Shown here piece by piece: positions 28,701 to 37,424 of a stretch of DNA of 64,000 nucleotides. The translations under genes and the position numbers were made by a program. Location of the stretch: NCBI GenBank assembly GCA_965248925.1, contig CBDFLE010000006.1:5154601-5218600 (forward strand). The letters run 5' to 3'. The notes below the pieces were generated by a model that was not told the DNA's origin, made no database searches, and saw nothing but the letters and a program-made list of their open reading frames with translations. The stretch is from Candidatus Multivoradales bacterium. Its GTDB lineage: Bacteria; Acidobacteriota; Thermoanaerobaculia; Multivoradales; J023. Position 1 is the stretch's first letter. Each line of letters begins with the position of its first letter.

Positions 28701-28870
28701 TCCATGAGCTGGATTCGAGCCATGCGGAAATGGTCCAGCGACCTTGGATCGAAGGGTTGGCGAAAATCCTGGGGAGCAGACTTCGTGACCTTGAACAGCA
28801 AACTGGAGGCCGCGTGGATCAGCAACTGATTGTGGCTGGAAGTAGCAAAAAGCGAGGAGTAAGAGATTGA
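25793..28870 (+). CDS. Terminal NRPS: C(DCL-like)-vestigial A fragment-T-thioesterase
   Basis: C domain has EDIYPLSPLQ and WSYHHLLIDAW. Only about 190 aa of degenerate A C-terminal motifs remain. T is GGHSALA; TE has HPGGG, GWSFGG and a His. TTG start overlaps the upstream TGA, with a GGAGGA RBS. Confidence 0.9.
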   Translation: MKNRNLEDIYPLSPLQESLLYHLLALPGSAVGFEQKSTILRGELDLDAFAEAWRQVVRRHPTLRTVFVWEGLARPMQVVCKRVELALERHDWSASSTDRQVTDLEAFLDADQRRGFDLRRAPLMRLALIDLGEQTWRLVWSYHHLLIDAWCRSLVLDEVAALYSGLRVGQQPTLPPRRPFRDYMAWLARQDEAAAAAFWRRSLAAVGEPTRLRLEGVDPAVDREVGYQGRDRYLASECSAVVGAGAKRLGITLGSLVQGAWAILLGRYSGLSKVIFGATVSGRPPDLPGVENLVGMLINNLPVALQIDDAQPVGGWLSELQRQVAELRTYQHCSPAQILEWSGRPAGQRLFDTLLLFQNAPQDSLGEPADDDSAAGSAAAELEISDYRSRLETGYPLTLVVVPGERMLLRAFFDASRYSATAMERLLGHLENLLVGLIGDPKRPLGELEMLWPEEQQWLLQDCESGLGDFGRLDRAYLLDDLRRPVAAGLPGDLWLAGSGVVPVPEGTAVAPDPFRESPTAQMWQSGYSARRLAAGELETLGPSQRRVEVAGQRIRVGEIEAALRRDPEVGEVLVKRWRTARGVDYWLAYVEPAPAAGLDVPRLRQTAERLLPRHLLPAFFVELTPLPRDSAGRLDEDRLPAPESLTDRLHAGFVPPETPLQLRLVRIWEETFGLTPIGIRDDFFALGGHSALAVLLMTRIRAEFGDLLPLNALLEAGTVERLAGVIGRPAEDREPSSLVAIQAAGSRTPLFVVHPGGGGVLCYTDLAYCLGADQPVLGLQAPGWADSRAPFTTVEELAELYVELIHHRLPDGPYRLAGWSFGGLVAYEVALRLADAGQPPDLLAVLDAGRRDEVEVLSESEILMRFLESVPRLAEQLSASELAAIGDLDAQIAHALAIARQNGVLPPHFDVEEARRLFTVRRACIRAAEVYLPGNLDGSIELFVSREFRDGFGDPELGWRSWVEGEIVVHELDSSHAEMVQRPWIEGLAKILGSRLRDLEQQTGGRVDQQLIVAGSSKKRGVRD

Positions 28871-30579
28871 TCGGGATCTTCAAACTATTGTCTTTCCTGG
28901 TGCGCTGCGCGCGCAGTCTGCGGTTCTCCAGATGGTTGATCGCCATTGTCATCGCCACTGGTGTCATCAGTGGCCTGGCCAGTGCTGGATTCGTCGGCGT
29001 GATCAACGAGGTGGTCCATGCCGACCCGGCGGACCAGGCTGTAAGGCAGCGCCATCTATGGATCTTCGTCGGTCTTTGCCTGGCTCTCCCAATCTTTCGC
29101 TTCGCCTCGACGGTGTTGCTACAAAGACTGGTTCAGCGAGTTCTCTACGACCTCAGACTGCGACTCTGCCGCCAAGTCATGGCGGCACCTTTGAGTGACC
29201 TGGAGCAGATCGGCCCGGGTCGTCTGCTGGCCACGTTAACTCAGGATATCGATACCATTGTCGGCTCATTCGGCAATATTCCGATGCTGATTCTGCAAGC
29301 CACGGTAGTCATCGGCTGTCTGAGCTACTTGGGCTACCTGTCGCCGGTTTTGCTGCTGATGGTGTTGGCATTCGTGGTCATCGGTGTGGTGAGCTATCAA
29401 CTTCCCTTGATTAAAGCGCAAAGCCGATTCCGCCAGATGCGCGAAGCCCTCGACAAGCTGTTCCAGAATCTGCACGGGTTGACCGAAGGCACTAAGGAGT
29501 TGAAGATTCACGCTGGGAGGCGGGAGTCCTTCTTGCGCGAGGAGCTCGAGCCCAGCGCCCTGGCGTTGCGCCGCTACTCGGTCACCGGCGACATGATCTA
29601 TGCGGCGGCCAACAGTTGGGGTCAGACGATCTTCTTCGTCGCTATCGGCCTCGTCTTGTTCGCGGGCTCCCGATTTACCCTCATTGAGACCCAGACTCTG
29701 TCTGGATTCGCTTTCGCAATTCTCTATATGATGACTCCATTGGATGTCATTTTGAACACTCTTCCAGGGCTGAGCCGTGCGGTGGAGTCGGTACGAAAAG
29801 TCGAGTCACTGGGGCTGTCGTTGGATGGCGACGGCGTCGATGCCGACGCTTCCAAGGCGCCGCCGGCACCACCGCCATGGAAGCTGCTAGAACTCCGCGG
29901 CGTCACTCTTTCCTATCCGGGAGACTCGGCTGATGATCTCTTTTCCATCGGGCCCATCGATTTGACCATCGAACCTGGCGAACTGGTCTTTCTGGTCGGC
30001 GGCAACGGTAGCGGCAAAACGACCCTAGCAAAGATATTGATCGGCCTTTATCGACCTGACGAAGGCGCGATCGAACTCGATGGGCAAGCGATTACCGACA
30101 CCGACCGCGACACCTATCGGCAGTTGTTCTCTGTGGTGTTTTCCGATTTCTTCCTGTTCGAAAGCCTGCTCGGGATCGATCAGCAAGAGATCGACGGCCG
30201 AGCCCTGAAGTACTTGCAGCAGTTGCATCTAGAACAAAAGGTCGAGGTTGTGGACGGCCGGTTCTCCACCGTCGACCTTTCACAGGGTCAGCGCAAGAGA
30301 CTGGCTCTCCTGACCGCATATCTGGAGAACCGATCGATCTATCTATTTGACGAATGGGCGGCCGATCAAGACCCAGTGTTCAAGAAGATCTTCTATCACG
30401 TTCTGTTGCCGGAGCTCCGCGCCCGCGGCAAGACCGTATTGGTAATCAGCCACGATGACCACTACTACGGAGCCGCCGACCGGGTGATCAAACTAGACTA
30501 TGGCAAAGTCGAATTCGATGGTCCGGCCGAGGTTTATCTCAGGGAGGCGCCGGTCATAGGCGCGGTGCCAGGAATTTAG
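28867..30579 (+). CDS. Cyclic-peptide ABC exporter (SyrD/PvdE/YojI family)
   Basis: N-terminal transmembrane segments, GGNGSGKTT Walker A, and the family signature LSQGQRKRLALL...FDEWAADQDPVFK. Overlaps the NRPS stop. Confidence 0.93.
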   Translation: MIGIFKLLSFLVRCARSLRFSRWLIAIVIATGVISGLASAGFVGVINEVVHADPADQAVRQRHLWIFVGLCLALPIFRFASTVLLQRLVQRVLYDLRLRLCRQVMAAPLSDLEQIGPGRLLATLTQDIDTIVGSFGNIPMLILQATVVIGCLSYLGYLSPVLLLMVLAFVVIGVVSYQLPLIKAQSRFRQMREALDKLFQNLHGLTEGTKELKIHAGRRESFLREELEPSALALRRYSVTGDMIYAAANSWGQTIFFVAIGLVLFAGSRFTLIETQTLSGFAFAILYMMTPLDVILNTLPGLSRAVESVRKVESLGLSLDGDGVDADASKAPPAPPPWKLLELRGVTLSYPGDSADDLFSIGPIDLTIEPGELVFLVGGNGSGKTTLAKILIGLYRPDEGAIELDGQAITDTDRDTYRQLFSVVFSDFFLFESLLGIDQQEIDGRALKYLQQLHLEQKVEVVDGRFSTVDLSQGQRKRLALLTAYLENRSIYLFDEWAADQDPVFKKIFYHVLLPELRARGKTVLVISHDDHYYGAADRVIKLDYGKVEFDGPAEVYLREAPVIGAVPGI

Positions 30580-30702
30580 TCGCCAGCTAAGAGGCTGGGA
30601 AAAAGCGACTCGATCGTGCCGGGGCAAGCAAGTCGAAGCCCTGGAATCTACTTGCCCGACTCGTTCTGCAGTCGCTAAGCCGGCAGACGTTTTCGCGGTT
30701 CA

Positions 30703-32013
30703 ATGGGAGCGCTGGGAAGGAAAGGACGAGGCTTCGCCCTGAAGGAAATCGCCGTCATGCTCAATCGCGCAATGAGGGATCTGAGGGAATTGATCCTCGG
30801 TCGCCGCCGCCGACTTGCGAAGCGTAACGCTCAGGCCGCTGCACAGCTCCTTTCGCGGCGGTTTGGCCGCCCGATCGGCCTCAAAATCAATCGCCGTTTC
30901 CACCTGGATACGACCCGATGTCAGGTTGACGATCCCGCCGGTGAACTGCCTGCCGAGGTGATCATCAAACGTCCGCAAGCCAAAGGGCAACGCTTCGCGC
31001 CAGACGATCCCAATCCACTTGGACCTTCCTTTCGGTTGTTCAATGAATGGGCCAGTCTCGAGGTGATCAGCGATCACTTCTCGGTGCCTGGGCTTTGTCC
31101 CCGATTGCTGGCCGGGCACCGAGACGAGGGATACTTGGTAATCGAAGTTGTCGGAGAACACAGTCTTCACGACTTGCTCTGCGGCAAAGAGCCGCAGCTC
31201 GCCAGGGAGGGATTGTGTTCTTTCGCCAAGATCCTAGGCCAGCTCCAGGCGGCGAGTGTTGGGCAGATCGAGGACTACAGACGGCAGCGTGACCGGCTCG
31301 GGCCACGCGCGGATCCGCGCCATCAGCTGTGGGGTTGCGACGATTGGCTGCGGCAGCAAACAGCCGAACTCAAGGACAACTTCAGCAACCTGGGATTCAG
31401 GACTTCGGCCGGTTTTGATGAAGAAATGGCCCAAGTTGCCTCGGCGATCGCTGATCCGGGTGAGCTGACGGTCTTCACTCATGGCGATCCCTGCCCGGAC
31501 AATCTCCGCTTGGCTGCCGATCAGGCGACGCTGATCGATTTCGAATATGGCGGTATCGGCCCAGGGTTGAATGAAGGATGCTACTTTCGAATGCTCTTTC
31601 CGACCACTTTTCAAGCCAATCGACTGCCCGATCGGCTGGTCGCGGAACTTGAAAGTGTTTATCGCAGCGAGCTGGTCAAGGGCTGCCCGGCGGCGGCAGA
31701 TGACCGGCTCTTTACTCGCGGTATCTTGAACGGTTGCGTGACCTGGCTGACGGTGACTCTGGCGTCTTGGTCGTTGCAACCGTCGATGTATCGGGGTGAT
31801 CGCCTCTCGGCGCTCGATAGTGACCAGAGCTGGGGATTGACCAGCAACCGCCAGGTAGCCCTCGCCCGGCTGCGGGCGTTCATTTGCGCGGCCGATACAT
31901 TTGATGCCCTTCCAGCTCTGTGTGAGACATTTTCGGCGCTTGAGAAGCGGCTCCTAGTGCTCTGGCCAGAAGTTGACGAGATGCCTTGCTATCCGGCGTT
32001 TAGGCGCAGTTAA
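30703..32013 (+). CDS. APH/choline-kinase-fold phosphotransferase
   Basis: Motifs VIIKR, FNEWASL, FTHGDPCPDN (Brenner HxDxxxxN) and LIDFEYG. The true start may be ATG 30757. Confidence 0.8.
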   Translation: MGALGRKGRGFALKEIAVMLNRAMRDLRELILGRRRRLAKRNAQAAAQLLSRRFGRPIGLKINRRFHLDTTRCQVDDPAGELPAEVIIKRPQAKGQRFAPDDPNPLGPSFRLFNEWASLEVISDHFSVPGLCPRLLAGHRDEGYLVIEVVGEHSLHDLLCGKEPQLAREGLCSFAKILGQLQAASVGQIEDYRRQRDRLGPRADPRHQLWGCDDWLRQQTAELKDNFSNLGFRTSAGFDEEMAQVASAIADPGELTVFTHGDPCPDNLRLAADQATLIDFEYGGIGPGLNEGCYFRMLFPTTFQANRLPDRLVAELESVYRSELVKGCPAAADDRLFTRGILNGCVTWLTVTLASWSLQPSMYRGDRLSALDSDQSWGLTSNRQVALARLRAFICAADTFDALPALCETFSALEKRLLVLWPEVDEMPCYPAFRRS

Positions 32014-32243
32014 GGAGCGTTTTCGCGGTATGATCTCCAACTGACGGGCTCGCCCGAAGAGCGGTTTTGCAATAGTGCAAAACATCAAGCTGACCAGAGC
32101 TATCTCTAGTAGATGGCCAGGCGATGAGGAGCCGATCAAATGCTAAGTTCAGCGGGCGACAGAGACATCGTAGAGTTTTGCGGGGGTAGCCGGTTTGGGC
32201 AGCTGCCAGGAGTGATGGCAGTGCCAACTCAGGGGGTAGCGAA

Positions 32244-33266
32244 GTGGTGACTTCGGTGGCCAACCCGGCTTCGGTCGCAGACTCCGCCGCGGACGACCGA
32301 GGTCAGCCCGAGGTCGTCGACTTGGGCAAAAACGAGAACCCTTTCCCCTCGTCAGTAGTTTTTCAGCCGGCAGTTTTACAAGCCATCGCCGATTTGCATC
32401 GATATCCCAACGATGGCGATCTACGACAGTTGGGTGAGTCGATTGCCCAGCACTATGGCGTGGACCGCAACAGAGTTCTGATCTGTCGCGGCGTAGACGA
32501 AGCGATGGACTTGGTTATCGGAGAATTCCGGGGCTCGAAGTTCACCGTCGTATCGCCGGGATTCGATGGCTTCGTTGATCGCCTGAAAGTCTTTCGCCGC
32601 TCGCATCGAGTCCTCGATCTGGGTAAGCATTTCGAATTGAAGGTGCGGAGCTTGGGCTGCCTTGGCGAGGATTCATTCACCGTGCTGTCGAACCCGAACA
32701 ACCCAACGGGCCAGCTTTTCCCACAGTCGCGGATCGAAGAGATAGTCGCCAGCAGTGGTATGACTCTGGTAGACGAGGCCTACGTTGAGTTCGCTAGCGG
32801 TAGGTCGCTGGTGCGGCGAGCGGGCGGTCGACTGCTGGTATATCGATCTCTTTCCAAGGCCTACGGGCTGGCTGGATTAAGGGCTGGCTTCCTGTTTGGC
32901 GAGCCAACGCTGATCAGACGCTTGGTGCAGGCTCAGCGTTACTTCGGCGTCGATCTGCTGGCGGTCGCGGTCATGCGGTGCGCATTGAGCGACTATCCAG
33001 TGCATGAGATTTCCCGTCGGGTGGTCGAACTACGCCAAGACTTGCTTGGTGAGTTGCGCCGCCTCGGGTTGCGGGCCTATGACTCGGAAGCCAACTTCAT
33101 CCTGGTACGCGACGACTTTCTGCAGCCGATGGTAGCCGGCCTCGAAGCGCTCGGCATCCTGGTACGCGACACCGCCTCGATGGGCTTGCCGGGGCATGTC
33201 CGAATATCCGTGGGTTCAGCAGAGAGCAATCGAAGGCTACTTGAGGCGCTGAGCCGCTTGTCTTGA
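32244..33266 (+). CDS. PLP-dependent class I/II aminotransferase (HisC/CobD-like)
   Basis: Motifs NENPF, RYP, GVDE, NPNNPTG, VDEAYVEF, and SKAYGLAGLRAG with the PLP lysine. Confidence 0.88.
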   Translation: MVTSVANPASVADSAADDRGQPEVVDLGKNENPFPSSVVFQPAVLQAIADLHRYPNDGDLRQLGESIAQHYGVDRNRVLICRGVDEAMDLVIGEFRGSKFTVVSPGFDGFVDRLKVFRRSHRVLDLGKHFELKVRSLGCLGEDSFTVLSNPNNPTGQLFPQSRIEEIVASSGMTLVDEAYVEFASGRSLVRRAGGRLLVYRSLSKAYGLAGLRAGFLFGEPTLIRRLVQAQRYFGVDLLAVAVMRCALSDYPVHEISRRVVELRQDLLGELRRLGLRAYDSEANFILVRDDFLQPMVAGLEALGILVRDTASMGLPGHVRISVGSAESNRRLLEALSRLS

Positions 33267-33383
33267 GCCGAGGCTTGGCCTGGGCTGTTGCTAGCCGAGC
33301 CTGGCTCCCCCCGAGTTGCCCTCGCCATGTCGATAATTGCTCAACACACAACGACCATTGCAACATGATCCAGAGGAAACCAG

Positions 33384-34421
33384 ATGACGGCAGAGAACGA
33401 TTTTCTCGATGGCCTTTTCGATTCGCTGAGTTCGATTCGCGGCTATGGGGTAGCTTCGATCCTACAGCAGATACTGCGGATGGACCTTTTTGACGACCTT
33501 GGCGACAGTCGTACCGTGGAGCAACTCAGCGCTCAGCGAGGATTCGATGCGACAGTCTTGGAGAGCGTCCTCGACTTTCTCCATGTCGAAGGATTTGTAG
33601 ATCGGCAGGAGGGCCCACCCGCTACTTACAGGGCGACCGCCAAAGCGACCTCGGTGGCGCGCTACCGAGGCTATTTCAACCTGCTAGTCGGCGGCTATGG
33701 CAAGATAATCGGCGCCCTCGATCAGATGCTGGATAGCGGTCCCGGAGCGGTCGCTCGTGATGGCGAGATGGTCGGTGCCGGCAGCTGCCAGATCTCGCAG
33801 TACGATGCACTACCATTGGCGGCTCGGCTGCTGCGCCAGGTTGGTGGCGATACTTCGAGCTTTGTCGACATTGGCTGTGGCGACGCTGGTTTTCTCTGCG
33901 ATCTATGCACTCAGCTACCCGCCGCGCGTGGGATTGGCGTCGAGCCTTCCACGGCGGCCTATCAGGCGGGCTTGGAGTTGATTGAGCAGCGGCGGCTAGG
34001 GGATCGGGTTTCGTTGGTCAATACAGATGCTCAGAGTCTTGAAGGGGTTGCCCGACCAGATTTCTTCATTTTTTCCTTCGTCTTGCAGGAGATCCTGGGA
34101 ACCGATGGAGAGCAAGGACTTGTTGACTATCTGAAGGCGCTGGCGGAGCGCTACCCCAGCAGTCGAATACTGGCTATCGAGGTAGATTACCGGCCGCACG
34201 ATCTTGAGGTGATGCGCACCGAGATGGGAATTGGTTACTACAATCTGTACTACTTCCTGCATCCGCTGACCCAGCAGCGCCTGGTTTCGCGGCAACTCTG
34301 GTTGCAACTCTTCGAACGGTCCGGATACGACGTCGAGTGTGAACAAGTGGTCGATCCAAGAGTCGACCCGACCGGTCTCGAACTCGGGTTCGTCTTGCGG
34401 CCTCAAGGCTGCGCGACTTAG
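33384..34421 (+). CDS. SAM-dependent methyltransferase resembling 2-oxoacid beta-C-methyltransferases (MrsA 2-ketoarginine MT/MppJ family)
   Basis: N-terminal winged dimerisation region and DIGCGDA SAM motif. LLVGGY, VGAGSCQISQYDALP, FVLQEIL and YYNLYYFLH..TQQRL resemble MrsA-type enzymes (recalled, not searched). Confidence 0.7.
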   Translation: MTAENDFLDGLFDSLSSIRGYGVASILQQILRMDLFDDLGDSRTVEQLSAQRGFDATVLESVLDFLHVEGFVDRQEGPPATYRATAKATSVARYRGYFNLLVGGYGKIIGALDQMLDSGPGAVARDGEMVGAGSCQISQYDALPLAARLLRQVGGDTSSFVDIGCGDAGFLCDLCTQLPAARGIGVEPSTAAYQAGLELIEQRRLGDRVSLVNTDAQSLEGVARPDFFIFSFVLQEILGTDGEQGLVDYLKALAERYPSSRILAIEVDYRPHDLEVMRTEMGIGYYNLYYFLHPLTQQRLVSRQLWLQLFERSGYDVECEQVVDPRVDPTGLELGFVLRPQGCAT

Positions 34422-34477
34422 GCGCAGCCCGGCGGGTGCCCGCCACCATCGGCTGCCGAGCCTTCGGTGGCGGCGGG

Positions 34478-36913
34478 TTATTCGTACTGGAGCGCTTGGT
34501 TGGGGTCTAGACGCGAAGCTCGCCAGGCTGGAATGAGACCGGCTAACAGGGCGACAGCTACCATCAGCAAGCAGACCAGTAGAAGGGTCGTAGGATCACT
34601 CGGTGCTACATCGTAGAGCCAGGTGGCCAGAAGCCGGGTCGCTGCCCACGCGCCGAGCAGGCCGCCGGCGATACCGAAGAGAGTTATCTTCAAGGCGCGC
34701 CGGAGTTCCTGCTGAAGCACGTCTTCGGAGCGTGCTCCGAGCGCCATGCGAATGCCGATTTCGTTGCGACGTTGGTTGACCGAGTAAGCCATCACCGCGT
34801 AGATCCCAATCAACGCCAGGACCAGTCCGATCAAGGCGAACAGACCCAGAGACAAAGTGTAGAAGCGTGGCTGAGCGAGGGATTCGTGGAGCATGGAGTC
34901 GAAAGTCGCAACATTGTCGATTGCCAACGTTGGATCACCTTCCCAAACTGCGGCGCGGATTGGCCCCATCAAATGGGTTGGATCGCTAGCGGTGCGCACC
35001 ACCAGGCTCATCTGCGACAGCGGAAGCTGCCGGTGCGGGAAGTACATCGCCCAATCCGCAGTCGCGTCGAGCCCGTCGAATTTTACGTTGTCGACTACGC
35101 CGACGATCTCGAAGTTCGTGGGTAGATCCTCCCACCAGCCGCTGGTAGTGAGATGTTCGCCGAGCGGGCTGTGGGAAGGAAAGTGGTGATGGGCGAACGA
35201 GCGGTTGATGATGATCGCTCCCGGCGCTTGGCCGTCGTCATGCTCGGTGAAGGTACGGCCTTCAAGCAGCGGGATGCCAACGGTCTTGAAGTAGCCAGGA
35301 GTCACCGGCCGCAAGCGGGCCTCCGGTTCTTCTCCTTCCTTCACCTCCTCGCGGTTGACAATGGTGAAGCTGGTGGTCCAGGAAGAGGCCAGGGGATGGG
35401 CGTAGGCCGCCGCCGCAGAAGTCACGCCGGGTAGGGCTTCGACCCGTGCGATGAGTTCGGTGAAGAAGCTGGTGCCGAGTTCCTTGCGCGGGTAGTTCGA
35501 AATCGGCAAAGCAATGTCAGCGTTGAGTAAATGCTCTGAGCGGAAGCCCGGATCGACTTTCTGCAGTTGCCACAGGCTCTTGAGCAAAAGGCCCGCGCCG
35601 ACCATCAGCATTAGCGCCAAAGCGACCTCAGTGGCGAGTAGAGCTTGATGGAGAAGGTGGCTGCGGCGGTTGCCGGTGCTGACCCGCTCGTTGCCGCGTG
35701 GTGCGGTTTCTGAGCCGACTCGCAAGGCACGCCAGGCTGGAATCAAGCCGAAGGTCACGCTGGTTACGAAGGTCAGCCCGAGTAGGAAGATGATCGTCCG
35801 GCCATTGAGCGACAGCTCTTGCAGCCGTGGGATGTGGGTGGGTTCAAGGGTCTTGATGCCCCACAGGCCAAGCACCGCTAGGCCAAGTCCGAGCCCTCCC
35901 CCGATGGCATAGAGAAGCAAATTCTCGACCAGGAACTGACGCACCAAGTGCCAGGGCTTGGCCCCGAGAACGCGGCGCAAATGGAGTTCTTGCCAGCGTT
36001 CGGAAGCGCGGTTCAGCAGCAGGTTGGCGACATTGGTGCAGGCGATCAGCAGGACGAAGGCGACGACGCCTTGCAAGATCATCAATGCCGGTCGGATATC
36101 ACCGACAATGACCTCGTGCAGTGACTCCAGAACGACTGTAGTGCCAGAATTCGAGTCTGGATACTCCTCCGCCAGGCGCTGTGCGATCTGGCGCAGCTCG
36201 GAAGTCGACTGATCCATCGAGGTGCTGTCCGCCAGCCGGCCAACGACTTGCAGTCGGTGCTGGCCGCGTTCGTCTTCGCCAGCTTCAGCTGCCAACGGCA
36301 TCCAGACTTGACTGCCTGCCGGAAAGTCAAAATCGGCCGCCATGACGCCGACAACGGTGTGCAGCTTACCGTCGAAATTTAGGCTGCGGCCAAGAATATC
36401 TTGCTGACCGCGGAACAGCCGGCTCCAGGTCTGGTGGCTGAGAACCACCGCCGGATCGCCAGACAAAGAGTCTTCGCTGGCGTTGAACACGCGGCCCATC
36501 GCCGGCTGGACCCTTAGGGTGGTGAAGAGATCGGCCGAGACGAAGCCGGTATTGAGCCGGACGGTTTCGAGATCCGCCCCGGTCAGAGTGGCGCTGCTCA
36601 GGCGATAACCCGCCAAACTGGCGAGACTTCGGCTGTTGGCGCGATAATCGGCGAGATCGGGAAAGGATGTCCAGTCACGGTCTTGGCCAGTTTTCAGGTC
36701 GGTATTCCAAACCACGACCAGACCTTCCGGCTGGTCATATGGCAGGGGCCGCATGACCACAGATTCGAGGATGCTGAACATCAATGTGCTGGCACCGATG
36801 CCAAGACCCAGGGTAAGGGCTACGCCCAAGGTCAGCAGGGGTCTCTTGAACAGGGAACGAATCGCGACTCGCCAGTCCTGCAATAGCTGAATCATGTGCC
36901 TGATGTCCTCCAA
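34478..36913 (-). CDS. ADOP-type duplicated MacB/FtsX ABC permease (no ATPase domain)
   Basis: Two MacB-PCD/FtsX halves. Motifs ALTLGLGIGA, LLIACTNVANLLL, VDPGF, YSVNQRRNEIGIRMALGA, PAWRASRLDP. Confidence 0.9.
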   Translation of the reverse strand: MEDIRHMIQLLQDWRVAIRSLFKRPLLTLGVALTLGLGIGASTLMFSILESVVMRPLPYDQPEGLVVVWNTDLKTGQDRDWTSFPDLADYRANSRSLASLAGYRLSSATLTGADLETVRLNTGFVSADLFTTLRVQPAMGRVFNASEDSLSGDPAVVLSHQTWSRLFRGQQDILGRSLNFDGKLHTVVGVMAADFDFPAGSQVWMPLAAEAGEDERGQHRLQVVGRLADSTSMDQSTSELRQIAQRLAEEYPDSNSGTTVVLESLHEVIVGDIRPALMILQGVVAFVLLIACTNVANLLLNRASERWQELHLRRVLGAKPWHLVRQFLVENLLLYAIGGGLGLGLAVLGLWGIKTLEPTHIPRLQELSLNGRTIIFLLGLTFVTSVTFGLIPAWRALRVGSETAPRGNERVSTGNRRSHLLHQALLATEVALALMLMVGAGLLLKSLWQLQKVDPGFRSEHLLNADIALPISNYPRKELGTSFFTELIARVEALPGVTSAAAAYAHPLASSWTTSFTIVNREEVKEGEEPEARLRPVTPGYFKTVGIPLLEGRTFTEHDDGQAPGAIIINRSFAHHHFPSHSPLGEHLTTSGWWEDLPTNFEIVGVVDNVKFDGLDATADWAMYFPHRQLPLSQMSLVVRTASDPTHLMGPIRAAVWEGDPTLAIDNVATFDSMLHESLAQPRFYTLSLGLFALIGLVLALIGIYAVMAYSVNQRRNEIGIRMALGARSEDVLQQELRRALKITLFGIAGGLLGAWAATRLLATWLYDVAPSDPTTLLLVCLLMVAVALLAGLIPAWRASRLDPNQALQYE

Positions 36914-37424
36914 GTGGGCTTGTTGTCGCGCAGATCTGGCGGGTCTGAGGGGCCTCGCATGGCGCGCGGGTCTAGTGGCGGCTGCATGACCGTCCCTGAC
37001 GGGTCGTTGCCCGCTTAGTAGTTAGGATACACCACGAACCCAGAGGGTTTATTTGCTGTGTATTTTTTGGATCGCAATCGCGTTGCCTGTGAGGTAGCGC
37101 GTCGGGAGTGACGAGATCGGGTGCCAGGCTGCTTGTGCTAGGGTTTCGGTGCGCGAGGTCCAATCTTCGTGTGGATTACTTTCGGAGAAGAGAAATCCTC
37201 AGGTCTGCTGATTTCTGCGAGCTGGCTTGAGCAATCGAAGGTTCAAGGCTAGCGTCGTAAGAGCCTCGGCCGGACTCAAGTCGAGAGAATAAAGCTACTG
37301 CTACAGATTGCGTAGTGGCCCCTTTCGATCGCTAGTCGGGCTGGACGAAAACACCGACCAGAGAAAGCTCTGGCCGGTGTAAATCTTCAAGATCATCAGA
37401 GACTTACAAAGGGTAAAGAACTCC

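Noticed and set aside
32244-33266. Assigning hisC or cobD as the gene symbol
   Set aside because: No his or cob operon context; it sits in a tailoring cassette.
34428-34478. GC-rich hairpin between the convergent methyltransferase and permease genes as a terminator
   Set aside because: Imperfect stem with no U-tract; too weak to call.
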